DNA of 63,463 nucleotides, filler included, from Chiloscyllium plagiosum (Eukaryota): NCBI RefSeq assembly GCF_004010195.1. It is 5 parts of one record of this genome, joined end to end, with 100 filler letters (N's around TTAATTAATTAA, not from the genome) between each part and the next. Parts side by side here need not be neighbours in the genome. Positions count along the whole stretch, not along the records: positions 1 to 20,880 come from NC_057712.1; 4 more parts are not named here. The stretch is one strand, 5' to 3'. Under the pieces are notes generated by a model, which did no database searches, had not been told where the DNA came from, and worked only from the letters and a program-made list of their open reading frames with translations. A program made the translations under genes and the position numbers. Each line of letters begins with the position of its first letter. Position 1 is the first letter of the stretch. Positions 1-13,850 of the stretch are shown piece by piece.

Positions 1-9
1 TTTTTACTG

Positions 10-412
10 ACCTCACGCCCTCGTTGTGCCGTATTCACCGGCCTCACCCCCTTGTTTCACCGTATTCACCAGCCTCAACCCCTTGTACCGTGTTCACCAG
101 CCTCAACCCCTTGTACCGTGTTCACCAGCCTCATCTCCTTGTTGTGCCATGTTCACCTGCCTCACCCCCTTGTTGTGCCGTATTCACCAGCCTCACCCCC
201 TTGTGCCGTGTTCACCGGCCTCACCCCCTTGCTGTGCGGTGCTCGCCGGCCTCACTCTCTTGTTGTGCAGTGTTCGCCGGCCTCACCCCCTTGCTGTGCC
301 GTGCTCACCCCCTTGCTGTGCCGTGCTCACCAGCCTCACCCCCTTGCTCTGCCGTGCTCACCGGCCTCACCCCCTTGCTCTGCCGTGCTCACCGGCCTCA
401 CCCCTGTGCCGT
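10..412. repeat. GC-rich minisatellite, ~28-31 bp unit (CCGGCCTCACCCCCTTGCTGTGCCGTGCTCA)
   Basis: About 13 tandem degenerate copies are visible; they explain the repetitive PCSPAS/HRPHP ORFs in three frames. Confidence 0.9.
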
Positions 413-914
413 GAGTGTAGAAGTTATCTTTACTTGTGGTTTAACTTCAGAAAGTATTATTGCTGTCCTTACGAAACCAAAGCCCTCAAACAGAGAGTGT
501 GGGGAAAATGCGTCACCACTATTTAAAAATGTGGAAGGGTTAAATCTCAATCTGGTTTCAGTCAGGTGGTGAGACCGAGAAGTGAAATTTGTTTTAAAAC
601 TTGTAATCTGTCTGTAACACCAACTATATAGAAAGTCGTTTTTTTTGACAAGTTTATGCATTTCCATAAGCCTGCAAAGGCTAGAAACATTCTGGAGGAA
701 GTCCTAAAGAGTTGGGTTTCCAGCCTTTAATGGACTTTCCTTCTGGCCAGAGAAGATTTGGCCTTAGAAATAATCAATTCAGACAGGATGGGAGTGGGAA
801 TGTTGCTTCTATTTCAGAAGTTACTCGTTGGCCATGTATTTATAAGTTAACTAATTAAATTCAAGGCTGTAATATAATATAAATTACCTTGGTTTCAAAT
901 TTTACCCAATTATG

Positions 915-1520
915 CAGAGTGTCATACACCATGGACATAGGCCCTTCAGTCCTGCACTTCAATGCCAATTAAGTTTCTCAAACTAAACTAATCTCACTTG
1001 CCTGCATTTGGCCCATTTCCCTCTTAACCTTTCCTATTCATGTACTTGTCTAAATGTCTTTTAAGTGTTGTAACTGTACCTACACCTACAGTTTCCTCTG
1101 GCAGTTCATTCCACATAAGAACCACCCTTTGTGTGGGGGAAAAAAAGGCAATCTTTCAACTCTCACTTGAAAATTGTGTCCTCTAGGTTTGAACTGCCCT
1201 ACCCTCGGGAAAAGACTTTTGCTACTCATGGTATCTATGCCCCTCTTGATTTTATAAACCTCTATAAGGTCACCTCTCAACCTCCTACACTTTAGTGAAA
1301 AAGGTCCCAGCTTATCCAGCCTCTCCTTATAACACAACCCGTGCATCCCAGTAACATTCTTGTAGATCTTTTCTGCACCGTTTAATAATATCATTCCTAT
1401 AGCAGGATGACCAGTACTGTACACAGTGCACCAAAAATGGCCTCACCAACATCCAGTACAATCTCAACATGGCATCCCAACTCCTATACTCAATGGTCTG
1501 AACAATGGAGGCAAGCGTGA
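915..1520 (-). mobile_element. CR1 LINE 3' fragment (RT C-terminus and 3' end)
   Basis: ORF 1086..1424 contains the CR1 C-terminal motif [13 protein letters not shown]...RGH. Confidence 0.85.
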
Positions 1521-1607
1521 AAATGCAAAGGAAGACTACATTACGATATTTTCAGAATGAGTTGCTTTTAGTACTGACAACAACAGTGAAATGCTGCCAT
1601 AAAAAAT

Positions 1608-1795
1608 AGATGTGCTGGAGAAACTCAGCACGACTGGCAGCATTTGTGGAGAGAGAAAAAATAGTTAACATATCAAGTCCAGTATGACTCCTCTTCAGAA
1701 CCCTTCCAATAAATGCTGCCAGACCTGTTGAGTTTATCGAACACTTATTCTTTTTAATTCAGATTTCCAGCGTCTGCAGTATTTTGCTTTTATTT
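1608..1795. mobile_element. Old fold-back short PLE-derived element with a degenerate hammerhead motif
   Basis: Imperfect inverted arms (ctcagca..ctggcagcattt / aaatgctgccag..ctgttgag). The reverse complement of ~1660-1700 reads CTGAAGA-GGAGTC-atactg-GACTT-GATA. Related copies lie at ~47020-47150 and ~47445-47570. Confidence 0.55.
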
Positions 1796-1916
1796 CTGTG
1801 GACAGAGTCCAATGTTTATCAGGTACTTGGGTGATGATAGATAGATAGATATGAGAAATGTGAAGCTCAATCCCTGGAACTGTTTCATTCATAGATGATT
1901 TTGGTTTAAATTTCAG

Positions 1917-2167
1917 GCTGTCAACGTCAGAAATTGAAAATAGAGTCCGAAATCTTGATCTTTTCGATGTTCTGAAAACCAACCAAGAAGCTTTTCATGA
2001 GCACATGTCAAAATATGTTTATCCTGGCATTGATGGTGTGGACCATGTCCGATTACTTTATTATTTTACTCTGCTGGAAAACTGCGGCTGTGCTGAATTT
2101 GTGAAAAAACCCATCAAACCAGACACTAACATAAAGCTTCTAAAGAAGTTGAAGGTCGTTACGCCAG
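1917..2167 (+). CDS. NBAS: NBAS (neuroblastoma-amplified sequence, NRZ tethering complex subunit) internal coding exon, phase 2 to 1
   Basis: tttcag acceptor and gtatga donor. Encodes LSTSEIENRVRNLDLFDVLKTNQEAFHEHMSKYVYPGIDGVDHVRLLYYFTLLENCGC...KLLKKLKVVTP, recognisably similar to the vertebrate NBAS C-terminal region. Confidence 0.93.
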
Positions 2168-2550
2168 GTATGATGGTCAATAGTTTAAAGGCTAAGTTTT
2201 TATCTCTGACTTGTGCACTTCAACTGCATTAAAAATAATATAACTACAATTTCTTTTTGCCGGACTCTGAATGGTGCATTCCATCTCATTAGACAATGAT
2301 TTGTGCCATGATGATTGAGTTTGTGTTGGCCATTGCCTCTTGTGGCTCCGGAGCCCTTCTCTTGTATGGTGCACTCTGCTACATTTGCTGCAGGTGAAGA
2401 CTGTGGGACTGAGAGTACAAATCCCAAACCTTTTCTTTCTCTAAGTCCACTTCTCAGTCAGTTTGTGCTTCTTTTGTTTCTGCTCACCTCTTCCAAAGCC
2501 CTTTCAAACAGTTAACTTCCAGATCTTAAACCTTCAGTGACTATGTCCCA

Positions 2551-2760
2551 GATTTGGAGGTGCCAGTGTTGGACTGGGGTAGACAAAGTTAAAATCTAAA
2601 CAACACCAGGATATAGTCCAACAGGTTCATTTGGAAGAATAAGCTTTCAAGGCGATGCCTCTTCGTCAGGTAGTTCAACAGACAACGAGGCAGCATCTCG
2701 AAAGCTAGTGCTTCCAAAAAATCTGTTGGACTATAACCTGGATGTTGTGATTTTTAACTT
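2551..2760. mobile_element. Fold-back short PLE-derived element (family A), degenerate
   Basis: Inverted arms caacaccaggatatagtccaacagg / ctgttggactataacctggatgttg, with gaaagctagtg hammerhead remnants. Same family as 8041, 12290 and 20331. Confidence 0.75.
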
Positions 2761-5212
2761 TACCTCCCACGTGTCAATGTCACTATCTGCTACCTTATTA
2801 TCTCTCTTATGGATGTCCTTGTAGCAGACATGAAAACCCTAGCAATCTGTGCCCCAGTGGCCTATTTGCAACACAAGCTCTCTGGGTTTATGGAGACAAT
2901 TTATCATGATGAACATGGACAAGTCAGTTGTTTTGTTTGCTTGCCTGGTGCAATGGATTCTATCCACTTCTTGAACAGAAACTGTGAACTTGAAACACTA
3001 ATTGAAGCAAGTGGATTGTGGCTGGTCAGCTCTTCAGAATTCAGGGTATTCCAACTTGAGGTGAGGCAGTGGCTGAGCAATCAAACATGAGAGACTCATT
3101 AAAAGATGGACTGTCCTATCCAGGGCACAAACCTAGGCAAAATGTGTTGAGTGTTTGGACTGTCCATACATCAGAAACACACTCTCAACTCCCCCAGTTG
3201 AATCCGAAGCATTGCAGAGTATGATGTTGCATTGTTCGGTAGTAGGTGTCTCTGGAAAGATGAGTTATTCGGATATCAGTTTACCTTTGGACTGCACTCA
3301 AGATTTACTGATTTAACCTTCAGTTCTCCCAAGATATCTATTAGGAAGTGGAGCTATTCACCCATAGTTCAGAGTTAGTTTCATGAATGTCAGAATGCGT
3401 CACTTGTCAGTAGGCTTGCATGCTGCATGGAGTTCCTCTGAAGCCTTGGACTAAAGCTGCAAAGAATCCAGGTTCCATCTGTCACAAGAGAGATGCATAG
3501 CTGAATGAGATGGGGATAGGATTATTGAAAAATCATTATAGTGCCAAATTGTGATGACAATATAAATAAAACAAGTAAGCATAATTCATGACAGTGATGG
3601 TCTGGACATTCATTAAAACAAAAATAGATGTTTAATAAAGCATTACACAATAATGATCTTTGGCATTTAAATAATTATAGTGCATTGGAAAATGCAGACA
3701 CCTTTAATTTACAGAATAGAAATAGTTACTGCACTGTACATTTTATATTAAACTCCATGAATTACATGGTGTCAGGTTGAGTTCATTGAACACTTGTGTT
3801 ATTTATGAGTCATGTTAGGAGGGGATTGGGCTGTCTCTTAGTTAATTAGTTCTTTACCTCATTGGTAGAATGAGTTACATGTATCATGGAAGAAAAACCT
3901 AATAGAAAATTTCTCAATCTACTTGGAAATGTACAAAATAATTCTGGGCAATTTTATTTGATCAACGTATGGTGGAAACTTGGAGTCCAAAAGGATGTGG
4001 AACGTGGATTTTCAGAGTTATGTAAGTTGCTGGTAGTCGAGTTCTTTGTGCTTCTCAAATTCAGCAGTTGTTAATGGGGCAGTAAATGTATAATCTATTT
4101 TGCATTAAGTACATTCAGATATTATTTACATTCCATCTTTCTTTCTGCAGCATATTTCAGTCCACAGTTTGTTCTCCCCCACTAGATTTCCATTTTCCCT
4201 ATCTCCATCTTGCCTTCCATCCCAACCCAGTCACACATTTAATGTTGTATTTGAAAAAAATAAATATTGCTCCAACTAGTTTCCTTTTAATATCTAAACA
4301 GTACTTTTAAACAGATTAAAGCTAACAAGATGAATCGTCACATTGCAAAATAATTGGTGGAATGAAGTTGGGTGTTAGAAGCTAGCCATGCAAAATGCCA
4401 ATGAACTATTAGGCACATGTGATTACCTCACCATGTCGGTGAACTTTGAGAGGGGAACAAGCCATAGTAAACCATTGTAGTTACAGCCTGTGGGTTTTTC
4501 TTAAGAAATCCTGAAATGCTTCAGACAAGTCAGTCTTCAAAGAGAGCTACAGGAAAAGATAGAGGTGGCTAGTCCTCATTTTAACCACAGAAAATGCTGG
4601 ACCTCTTAGTCACCACACAAAATGTGGACGGGAATGTGCATTCAAACTGAAGAGTTTGTGTTCATGAGGATTTAACCAAGACTGGAAGATTCAGCTAACT
4701 TTAGGTAGAAAGCGTGGGATCGCTAGAGTAACCCTCACTCAAGAATCAGTTTGGGAATTAGGTGTTACCAGCTGGGAAAGGACAAAAAGCCATTGGGAAC
4801 TGAGAACAGCTTTGTACTAGTTTCTGGAGATTGAGATGTCTGCAGAAGAAGTGGAATACAACTGTGGACAGTGATTTTCTGTCAGTTAAAAGGTAAAAGG
4901 TGAATAGGAGATTTTTTTCTAGAATTTAGATTATAAGTTACCAACTGAGATTGAGAGTGTTATTTTTGGTTTGTTCATTACCGTAGAAACCTTTAAAAGT
5001 GAAATATTGTTATTTGATCTTCCTCGTCAACCAATGGGAATTGAAATATCCTTCTAAAAATTATTAGTCTCAATAATATCTCACATGAATTATATTTTGT
5101 TACTTTGGTCAATTAAAACAATCTCAATTCAAAGCTAAGTGTTGCAGATAATTAGTTTCTAATTGCTGTTCCATGTGTGCGCTGGCTTTATTTTCTTTCT
5201 TTTCTGTATCAG

Positions 5213-5547
5213 ATCTTAATTACAAGAAGCTGATAGATGGAGACGCTGATCCTTTGGAATCTTTGGAGCCAGTTCTTAACAGCCATAATGTCTTATCAGT
5301 TTCTAAACTAGCACCCAAAATTCCTGGGAAAGGTGGCACAATGCTTTCAGCAAACCGCATCTATGCTACATGGCTTCGTAAACTTTTCTGGATTGGAGAT
5401 ATCCAGCTTATTAAAAAACCACCACAGGAAGAAGCTGAATGGTTGCATGCCTATGATACATGTGCAAAATATTTCGACAGGCTTCTCCCTGAAGATGTTA
5501 TTGGACTAATAGATGACTTCACCTTTTCTGAAAATTCTGTGAACAAG
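5213..5547 (+). CDS. NBAS: NBAS coding exon, phase 1 to 0
   Basis: Pyrimidine tract plus tcag acceptor, aag|gtaatg donor. Encodes DLNYKKLIDGDADPLESLEPVL...WLRKLFWIGD...EWLHAYDTCAKYFDRL...FSENSVNK. Phase-compatible with the previous exon. Confidence 0.95.
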
Positions 5548-8040
5548 GTAATGGAAGTTGTTTAATTTGATAGGCTGCATTCCGCATTCTATATGTTGAC
5601 CCACAATCCCTCATGGAGGGAACTCCAAGATCTTGATCCAGCAAAAATGAAGGAACAGCGATACATTTCCAGGTCAGGATGGTGAGTGACTTGGAAGGGA
5701 ACTTGCAGGTGGTGGTGTTCCAGGTATTTTTGCCCTTGTTAGAAGGGGGCAGGGTGTGGCTCATATATAGATTTCATTTTAGCTCTTACGAGAGTCTGAA
5801 TTTTATGGAATATATATATATAAAGTCTTGATGTTTCTATAAGATCAGTCTAACTATCATGATGTAAAATTATTTAAATCGCCAGTCCTTTAAAATGAAA
5901 ATGAAAGGCAACCAGTTTTGGTGACCGTTTAATCAAGGGAACTTAATTTTAGCAGATTTAGGCACTGTTTGGTGACATTTCCCTCGGGTCTCTTTGCAAA
6001 TACATGAGCTGATTTTCAAAACATATTTATCTCAGCAAAGTGCTCTACGTTCACAATATATTTGACAGCTCAAAGAGGCTATTAACTGGTTTTCTGTCTT
6101 TGTGTGTTTATGAATAGAAGTTTGGTTTTGAAAGTGATGCACCATTTGAGTGTTAAAAGTTTTGAATGGTTTTCATGAATGAGAGTTTTTAAAAAATATA
6201 GTTGAAGTTGTATTAGACTTGATTTTATTTCATCTTAACGCGAGTCAGAGGTCTGCCCATGGACGATATTGACACGAAAGGCAAGGTTGTTTGATGCGTT
6301 GGTTTGGTATCAAGTCGTCCCCTGATACCTAAGAATTACACACAGGGCGTAGGATGGGGATGAAGGGTGATGGTGTGTGAGCATTGAAGTCGAGCGGGCT
6401 AAAAGATGTAACTGAACAGTTGGAACAAAGGCAATGGTAGACTTGTTAATTAACCTACCTCAGCACTTGGCCATCCCTTTAGCCACGGGGGGCTTTGAGG
6501 CTGGCAAGTCTGAATCATTCTCCAAGCACACACCCCTGGCTGCCCTACCCAAAAGCATCCAAGATTTACCACCCAGACATTTCGAACAAGACAGGTGTTG
6601 TGATGAAATTTCCCAATTCAAACCACCCATGTTAGTGGAGAAAATCCAGGGCTTAGGATCACTGAAAGGAACTGGGTTTTGTTGTCATTGCTGCTCCAGA
6701 ATCCAGACCATTACTCCTTAGAACTGGTTGTGCTTAATAGACAAGATTACTCGGTGCATTTCTTTTGTGTAATGTTGCCTGTGATGTGTAGAAAACTATA
6801 TTTGTGACTCATCCCTTTAAGGGCATTTTGAGTACTTAAATTTGTATCTCTAGTCAAACACTGAATAATTCCCAGTTGAAGCATTACAAGTATAGGGCTA
6901 GTCAACACTTGCAGTGTGATTTCAATGCATACAACTGCACTGATTCAGTGCCACGTTAGGATACTTTACTTACACCGCCTGGATTGTTAAAATAACAACA
7001 TGCAAGATTCTGTTATATGTAAATACAAACGAAATACAAGAGGACATTAAAACTATTATAATTATTATGATGGTTAAAAGGATCATAATGTCAGTAGTTC
7101 CTAATAATTGCATAGGACTCGGATTTTGGAACAACACTGAATGTTATTGTGAGCCTTCAATGTGTGAAATTGTTTTTGATAAATACCACCACACAATTGT
7201 GTTACCACCACACAATTTTAACAGGCTCACAATCAAAATGAAGATTACACGACTGTCGGCCAAATCTGACAACAGTTGTAGAAACTGTAAGATTGCATGA
7301 AGTATTAAAATAATGCCTGCAGAGAGATCCTCTCCAAACCTACTGACCCAATTATTTATGGTGTGTTCATAGACTTGCACGACATAAACAGATTTTTTTT
7401 TGACGCAACAGACATTGCATGCAATCTGAAGCTATTACCATCCAATGACGTTCAACGTTACAACTAAAAGGCTATGCGCATCAATATCTTATTCATAAGG
7501 TGATCTGCAGACAATCATGAATTTAGGTGCTGCAGGTGTTCTCCATAACCAAATTTCATGCAATACTAACTCCTGATTTAAAAGTGTAAGGCAGTCCTTC
7601 AAAATTTCAATCATGCCATTAATGCAAGGGAGGCATTATTCTTATTTGTCTAAAGCCTGCCCAGAAATAATGCTGAACATTAACACATCATCAGTGCCCT
7701 TATGTGTACCAAATGTTTATTGTCAAAATACAGATGATTTTTAAAATCACGTTTAAACACAATACATTTAGAATAATTAATGTAATACTTATGTGAGTTG
7801 GAATCTTAAAATAACAATAGTTTAGTTAGGATGACTCGGTTCCACAAATATTGCCAGACTGCATTTTGTAAAATATTGTATTATTGGCTGAGCCTCTGTG
7901 ATATTACAGTCAAAAATATTTTTAAACTTTCTCCTTTCACAGTGTCACTGTTCTCAGAATTGTATTGAAAAGTAAGTGGCAAAATTGACTTGAATTGAAT
8001 GAAAATTATTGTGTGGTGTCAAATAGGCTGTTAATTCACT

Positions 8041-9590
8041 GTTAAAAATCACACAATACTAGGTTATAGTCCAATAGGTTTATTTGTAAGCACTAGCTTT
8101 CAGAGCACTGCTCCTTCATCAGGTGGTTGTGGAGCATAAGATCATAAAACACGGAATTTATTGCAGAAGATTGCAGTGTCATGTAACTGAAATGATATAT
8201 TGAACAAACCTAGATTGCTGTTAAATCTTTTAGAATGGATTGCAGGTTTCGGTTCATTAATATGTAAATCCCAGAACTTCTCTTAAGTCACCTTCTCAAG
8301 ATAACTTGGGGTTTTATAACAAAAGGTTACATCCCAGCTCAGACAACGCATTAAAGGTGTGAGGTTAGAGTCTGTCAGTATCCCAGCATTGAGTCAGACT
8401 GCTTCTATTTCTGACGTGGTATTTACAGAATATTAAATGGATTGAATGTCAGCATTGACTGCCTGCAGATTGTGCACTTTTTGAGCAAAATAGAATGTAT
8501 CTGCAAATATTCTGCAAATACAAATGAAACCAAAAAAAATTGTGTGTGTGTGTGTGTGTGTGTGTGTACACACGTGGGAGTTTGTGTTTGCGTGTGTGAA
8601 AGCTTGGTAAAGTATTTGCGTGGGTGTGATGGAGTATCAGCTTGTGAGGGGTTGTGTGCATGGGTGTGAGCGTGGAGGATGTATGTGTGTGTATGAGCGA
8701 GAGTGTGTGTGTGTGTGAGAGAAAGAGAGAGAATAGTGTAGTGCAGTCCCCTATAGTCAGAACCCAAGTCCCAGTTGAGGCCATCCTCATGGGTACCGAA
8801 ATTGGCTATCAGCCTCTGCTTGGCCACACTGCATTGTTGCCTATTCCGAAGTCCACCTTGGAAAATGGTCACCCAAAGATAAGAGGCCAAATGTCCCTGA
8901 CTGCTGAAGTGTACCCCAACTGGGAGGGAACACCTCTGTCTGGTGACTGTTGCATGGCGTCCATTCATATGTTGTCGTAGTGTCGTGTGTGCCATGCCTT
9001 GGGGCGTCCTTGCCTGCAGCATATGAGAAAGACAATGTTGGTCAGGTCATATGAGTACCTGCCATATGGTCAGTAGTGTCCTCACGGGTAATAAGACCAT
9101 AAGACATTGGAGTGGAAGTAAGGCCATTCGGCCAATTGAGTCCACTCTGCCATTCAATCATGGCCGATGGGCATTCCAACTCCACTTACCTGCGTTCTCC
9201 CCGTAGCCCTTAATTCCTTGTGACATCAAGAATTTATCAATGTCTGCCTTGAAGACATTTAGCGTCCCTGCCTCCACTGCACTCTGTGGGAATGGTGGTA
9301 TCCATGTCGTCACTCTGACATGTCTTGCAGTGGTTAGCATGAGAAGGTTGTACAGTGTTGTGGTCGATGCTGTCCTGAAAGCTGGGAAGTTTGCTGCAAG
9401 CAATCATCTGTTTAAGGTTTGACAGTTGTTTAAAGGCAAGAAGTGGCGCTGTCGGGAAGGTCTTGGCGAGATGCTCATCCTCATTGATAATGTGTTGCAG
9501 GCTGTGGAAGACATGGTGTAGTTTTTTGGCTCCCAGAAAGCACTGGACAATGAAGGGTACCCTATTGGTTGCAACCTGTGACAGAGACAT
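8041..9590 (-). mobile_element. Penelope-like retroelement (Neptune-like) 3' part with GIY-YIG remnant, GT microsatellite and hammerhead motif; interrupted by a CR1 3' tail at ~9090-9290
   Basis: ORF 8423..9022 has TLRQHMNGRH...PVGVHFS...QRLIANFGTHEDGLN, and ORF 9237..9632 has PLLAFKQLSNLKQ. The reverse complement of 8091-8125 is CAC-CTGATGA-A-GGAGC-agt-GCTCT-GAAA-GC-TA-GTG. Confidence 0.85.
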
Positions 9591-10240
9591 CAAATCACTG
9601 TTACCCTGTTCCGCTCTACTGCTGTTCACCAACTTTATCTACATAATATTTGAGATGTGTGGACTTTTTTAAAAATTACTTCTTCCACATGTGTACTCTC
9701 ACACAAAAGCATATACATATCTCACTACCAACCAAATAATCAATTCAATAGCCATTCTGTGAATGCAGCAAATTTCCTCAGTTAGAAATTGGCTCAGGTT
9801 GTTTGTAAAGTGATAGCAACAGTTGATTGTTTTCATTCCTGTTATTGAGGTCATGTCTGCCATCTTGGATTTGTCTAAAGGAGGATTGACCTTTCAACCA
9901 TTGTCGTGGCCTAAAGTATAGATTTATGATTGTTGGGCTGAACATGGATGCCGCTGTACATAAATCATAAAAGTTACAACTGTGCATTACGAGCTATCAT
10001 TAGTAAATATGTGCCTCATCTTTATACAGAGCAGATTCATAGCAAGGTTATTTCCATTCTTGTCTGTAACAAGAATGAGATTTTTGCCTCAACAGCAAAG
10101 CCTGTCAAACTTTTGACACAGGAACCCCTCTAGTCAGTTTCTTAGCATTGGTCAACTTGACAATTGCACTGAAAAGGAGTGAGCTATTGACACTTACATG
10201 AAGTATATAATTTAGAAAACGTTTTGATTTTTACAGTTCG

Positions 10241-10722
10241 AGTCATAGTCATAGAGATGTACAGCATGAAAAAAGACCCTTCGGTCCAACCTGTCCATGC
10301 CGATCAGATATCCCAACCCAATCTAGTCCCACCTGCCAGCACCCGGCCTATATCCCTCCAAACCCTTCCTATTCATATACCCATCCAAATGCCTCTTAAA
10401 TGTTGCAACCTATGCCCTCTAGTTCTGGACTCCCCGACCCCAGGGAAAAGACTTTGCCTATTTATCCTATCCATGCCCCTCATAAATTTTGTAAACCTCT
10501 ATAAGGCCACCCCTTAGCCTCTAACGTTCCAGGGAAAACAGCCCCAGCCTGTTTAGCCTCTCCCTGTAGCTCAGATCCTCCAACCCTGGCAACATCTTGT
10601 AAATCTTTTCTGAACCCTTTCAAGTTTCACAACATCCTTCCGATAGGAAGGTGACCAGAATTGCACGCAATATTCCAACAGTGGCCTAATCAATGTCCTG
10701 TACAGCCGCAACATGACCTCCC
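10241..10722 (-). mobile_element. CR1 LINE 3' fragment
   Basis: gagtcata tail repeats and sequence similar to the other CR1 3' ends in the window (e.g. 39660-40080). Confidence 0.8.
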
Positions 10723-11480
10723 AAAGGCTAGATTATTAATTATTCAAGTATTTTAATATTGCAACAGATGTATAGAAACATCTAGAACTAGAGTGTATAT
10801 TAGGGCCAGACCGTTCAGGAGAGATTTTAGAAAGTACTCCTACATACAGAGGATGGTAGTGGTTCGAGACTCTCTCCCACAAGTACAGTTAATGCTAGAT
10901 TAGTTGTTAATTTTAAGGCTGTGATTGATAAATTTTTGATAAGCAAAGCTATTAAGGGATAGAGGCCTAAGGCAAGTGTATGGAGTTAGCCTGTGGATTG
11001 GCCATGATCTAATTGGCAGAACAGGCTCAAGGGGCAGAATGTGTGCCTATATTCCTAAATGAAAACTTAATAGACCAAGCTAATTAAAAATATTATTGTG
11101 ACTTGTTTACAGAAAAAGATTTCTTATGGTTTATGAATATCTTAATATCCAGTTTCTTACTGCACATATTGAGATTGCCTGCTTCTTTCCTCCAAGTACA
11201 GTCATAAAGATAATGCAGTATATATTCTGGCTACAGCATTAGCTGTAAGGTGAGACTAATTTTGCATTGGCCTATACCATTCCTTTTAAAACTTTCTCCA
11301 AAAGGATAATAGCTGAAAACTGATAGTTATACTTAAGGAACATTATTGCTGAGGTTCTTGCTTTTATCTGGATAGTATTCTTTTAAGCATTTTTTAAAAA
11401 ACACAGTTAAGCCTCTTATGATTGGGAGAGAAGTACAAGAGTTCATACCACAAAACCTAGAAACCTGACCACCTGCAGCA

Positions 11481-12124
11481 TGTGATGATGCTGCTACTTC
11501 AACAAGGTTGTGTTGTCCTTGGTTTTTTTTTCAAAAGTGTTATACAGGACAGAGTTGCTGAGATGTCTGGGTTATTTTCTTGAATAAGTTTTTAAGTATT
11601 AGAAAAAACACTTGTACAATGAAAGGGGAGTGGCCAGTTCTACCAGCTCAGCTCGGCTTTTCTGTGGGTTTTTTTGTGTTTTGGTTTTAGCAGTCTGGCT
11701 GCTCAGACCTGCTGATCAGTTATTAGCTGGGAATCCAAAACAAACCGCTCCATGGAAGAAGGTGTTCGATGCTGAATCTCTCTGCCATCTCTCTCTCTCT
11801 CTCTCTCTCCTGTAAGACCCTGTGTTTGAATTTACCTTTTTTTTTATCAAGGATTGTTTATAGTGATTGTTGCAGGTATTTGGAACAGCATCATTGAGTT
11901 GGAATAGTCTGGGTTTTTGGATAGGTTAAGTTATTCTGTATCCTGTTCTATTTTATTTGTGTTTCTTTCAGCATTCTGTAAATAAATTCTGTTTTGTTTA
12001 AAACCGGGGGGTTTTGACCAGCTGTGTCAGTCCTAGAATATCTAAATTACACCTGCTTAAAGAAACTAGAAAAATTAGGGTCCAGGCTGAAATGTTTTGA
12101 GGGGGTCTGGCCTGGTCCGTAACA
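11481..12124 (+). mobile_element. Solo LTR-like element (TG...CA)
   Basis: Starts tgtgatgatgctgc, ends ggtctggcctggtccgtaaca, with an internal AATAAA. Reverse-complement homologs lie at 41535 and 45912. Confidence 0.7.
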
Positions 12125-12129
12125 CTCCC

Positions 12130-13120
12130 CTCAGTTGCAAGGTGATGCATTTTTGGATGGACAAATTCAGAGGTGATTTATACAATAAATAGCAGAACCC
12201 TTAACATTTAGAGGTATCTGGATGTACAGGTCCACAGAGACTTGAAAGTGGCAACACAAGTGGACAAGACATTCAAGAAGGCATACTCAGAAATCTCACA
12301 ATACCAGGTTATTGTCCAATAGGTTTATTTAAAATCACAAGCTTTCAGAGCAGTGCTCCTTCATCAGATGACTTCACCTGAAAAAGGAGCAGAGCTCCGA
12401 AAGCTTGTGCTTTAAAATAAACCTGTTGGACTATAACCTGGTGCCTTAAAACTTATGACCTTATCCACCCCAGTCCAACACCGGCATCTCCACATGAAGA
12501 AAGCATATAGCATACTTTCCTTCATCAGTTGGGGCATCAAATATAAAAATAGACAAGTTATGATACAGCTGTAAAAAACTTTAGTTAGGCCGTATTTGGA
12601 ATATTGCATGCAATTCTAGTCACCACACTACCAGCAGGGCATGGATGTTTTGGAGAGGGTGGAGAAAATATTTACCAGAATGTTGCCTGGCTGAAGAGTC
12701 TTAGTTATGAGGAAAGTTGGATAAACTTGGATTGTTTTCACTGGAAAGATGGAGGCTGAGGGTCAACCTGATAGAGGTCTACAAAATTATGTGAGGGTTA
12801 CATAGGGTGGATACTAAGAGCCTTTTTCCCAGGTTGGAAAGGTCAACTACAAGAGGGCTCGGGGTCAGAGGGGGAAATTTTAGGGGAGAATTGCAGGGAA
12901 AATATTTCACACGGAGGTTGGTGGGTATCTGCAATGCACTGCCACTGAAGGTGGTGGAAGCAGGCATGTTAGCAACATTGAAAATGTTATCTTGATAGAC
13001 CTGAATGGGAGGTGAACAGATGGAAAATGTGCATTAAGTAGCAGATCTAAATAAGAACTCTGGATCAGCGCAGCCTTAGTGGACAGAAGGGCCTGTTCCT
13101 CTGCTGTATTGTATTGTGTT
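12130..13120 (+). mobile_element. CR1 LINE 3' fragment interrupted by a fold-back PLE mini-element
   Basis: Degenerate LVRPYLEYC and RG..FTRRLVGICNALP motifs (ORF 12807..12995). Confidence 0.8.
12286..12496. mobile_element. Fold-back PLE mini-element (family A) with hammerhead motifs in both arms
   Basis: Arms ccaggttattgtccaataggtttattt...gctccttcatcag / cacctgaaaaaggagcagagctccgaaagcttgtg...ctataacctgg. Flanked by the near-TSD aagaaggcata (12275-12285) / aagaaagcata (12497-12507). Confidence 0.8.
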
Positions 13121-13850
13121 CATAGTCACTCTGTATGTGTATGATCATGCTTAACTATTCATTCACAATAGTTTTCAGAGTAAAGCTACATATTCAGTCT
13201 GTGTAGCTGCTTTATTCCTCAATCTATAACTTTCTTACTAATGTGAGAATATCCACCTGAGAAGATTAAGTAACTAAGTTGGCTATCCAAGATCAGCTCA
13301 GTTGTCACCTAAAAGTAGGTGCAATGCAGAATTAGGATCTCAGTTTCTGAGAGCCATGAGGCAGTGAGTTGGTGATCTCATATGATTTTGTGGTATTGAT
13401 ACCTATTCACTAGCGAATTGTAATCAATTTGCTGATATGGCAGAGACATGTCAAACAACTTCAATATTGGATACACATCAATAGAAACTTTACACTAAAT
13501 TTCTAGTTTATTGCTAATAAACAAGTGCAGTTAAGTTGCATAATGTGATCTGCAGCAATCTACTAAAGCATGAAAATTAACTTGCATAGTGTTTTGTGCT
13601 TCAAATGAAAAACCTGTTTCATCTCCCCCACCCCCACCTCTCCACTGCCCTTATTGCGCATTCTAAAAGGGAAAGTGGAACACGAGGAAGTTAGGCACTA
13701 ACTTTGAATATATAGTTTGAACTTCATTTTCTTTCCTTCTTGATTCATGCACCCCTTTTTTCATACTTCTGTGCACAACTCATTTATGTCAGAAACATAT
13801 TTTCTTGTATGTGCTCACTTCCTTTCTATTGTTTTGTCTTTGCTTTGCAG

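Noticed and set aside
24..572. Cys/Pro-rich protein ORFs
   Set aside because: These are translations of a minisatellite open in several frames, with no gene structure.
2790..3500. Possible old TE coding remnant (also 6245-6710 and 6900-7700)
   Set aside because: No diagnostic motif could be recognised with confidence by eye.
13740..13850. N-terminal extensions of the NBAS-containing ORFs (also 5173-5212 and 2168-2232)
   Set aside because: They are intronic read-through beyond clear splice sites.
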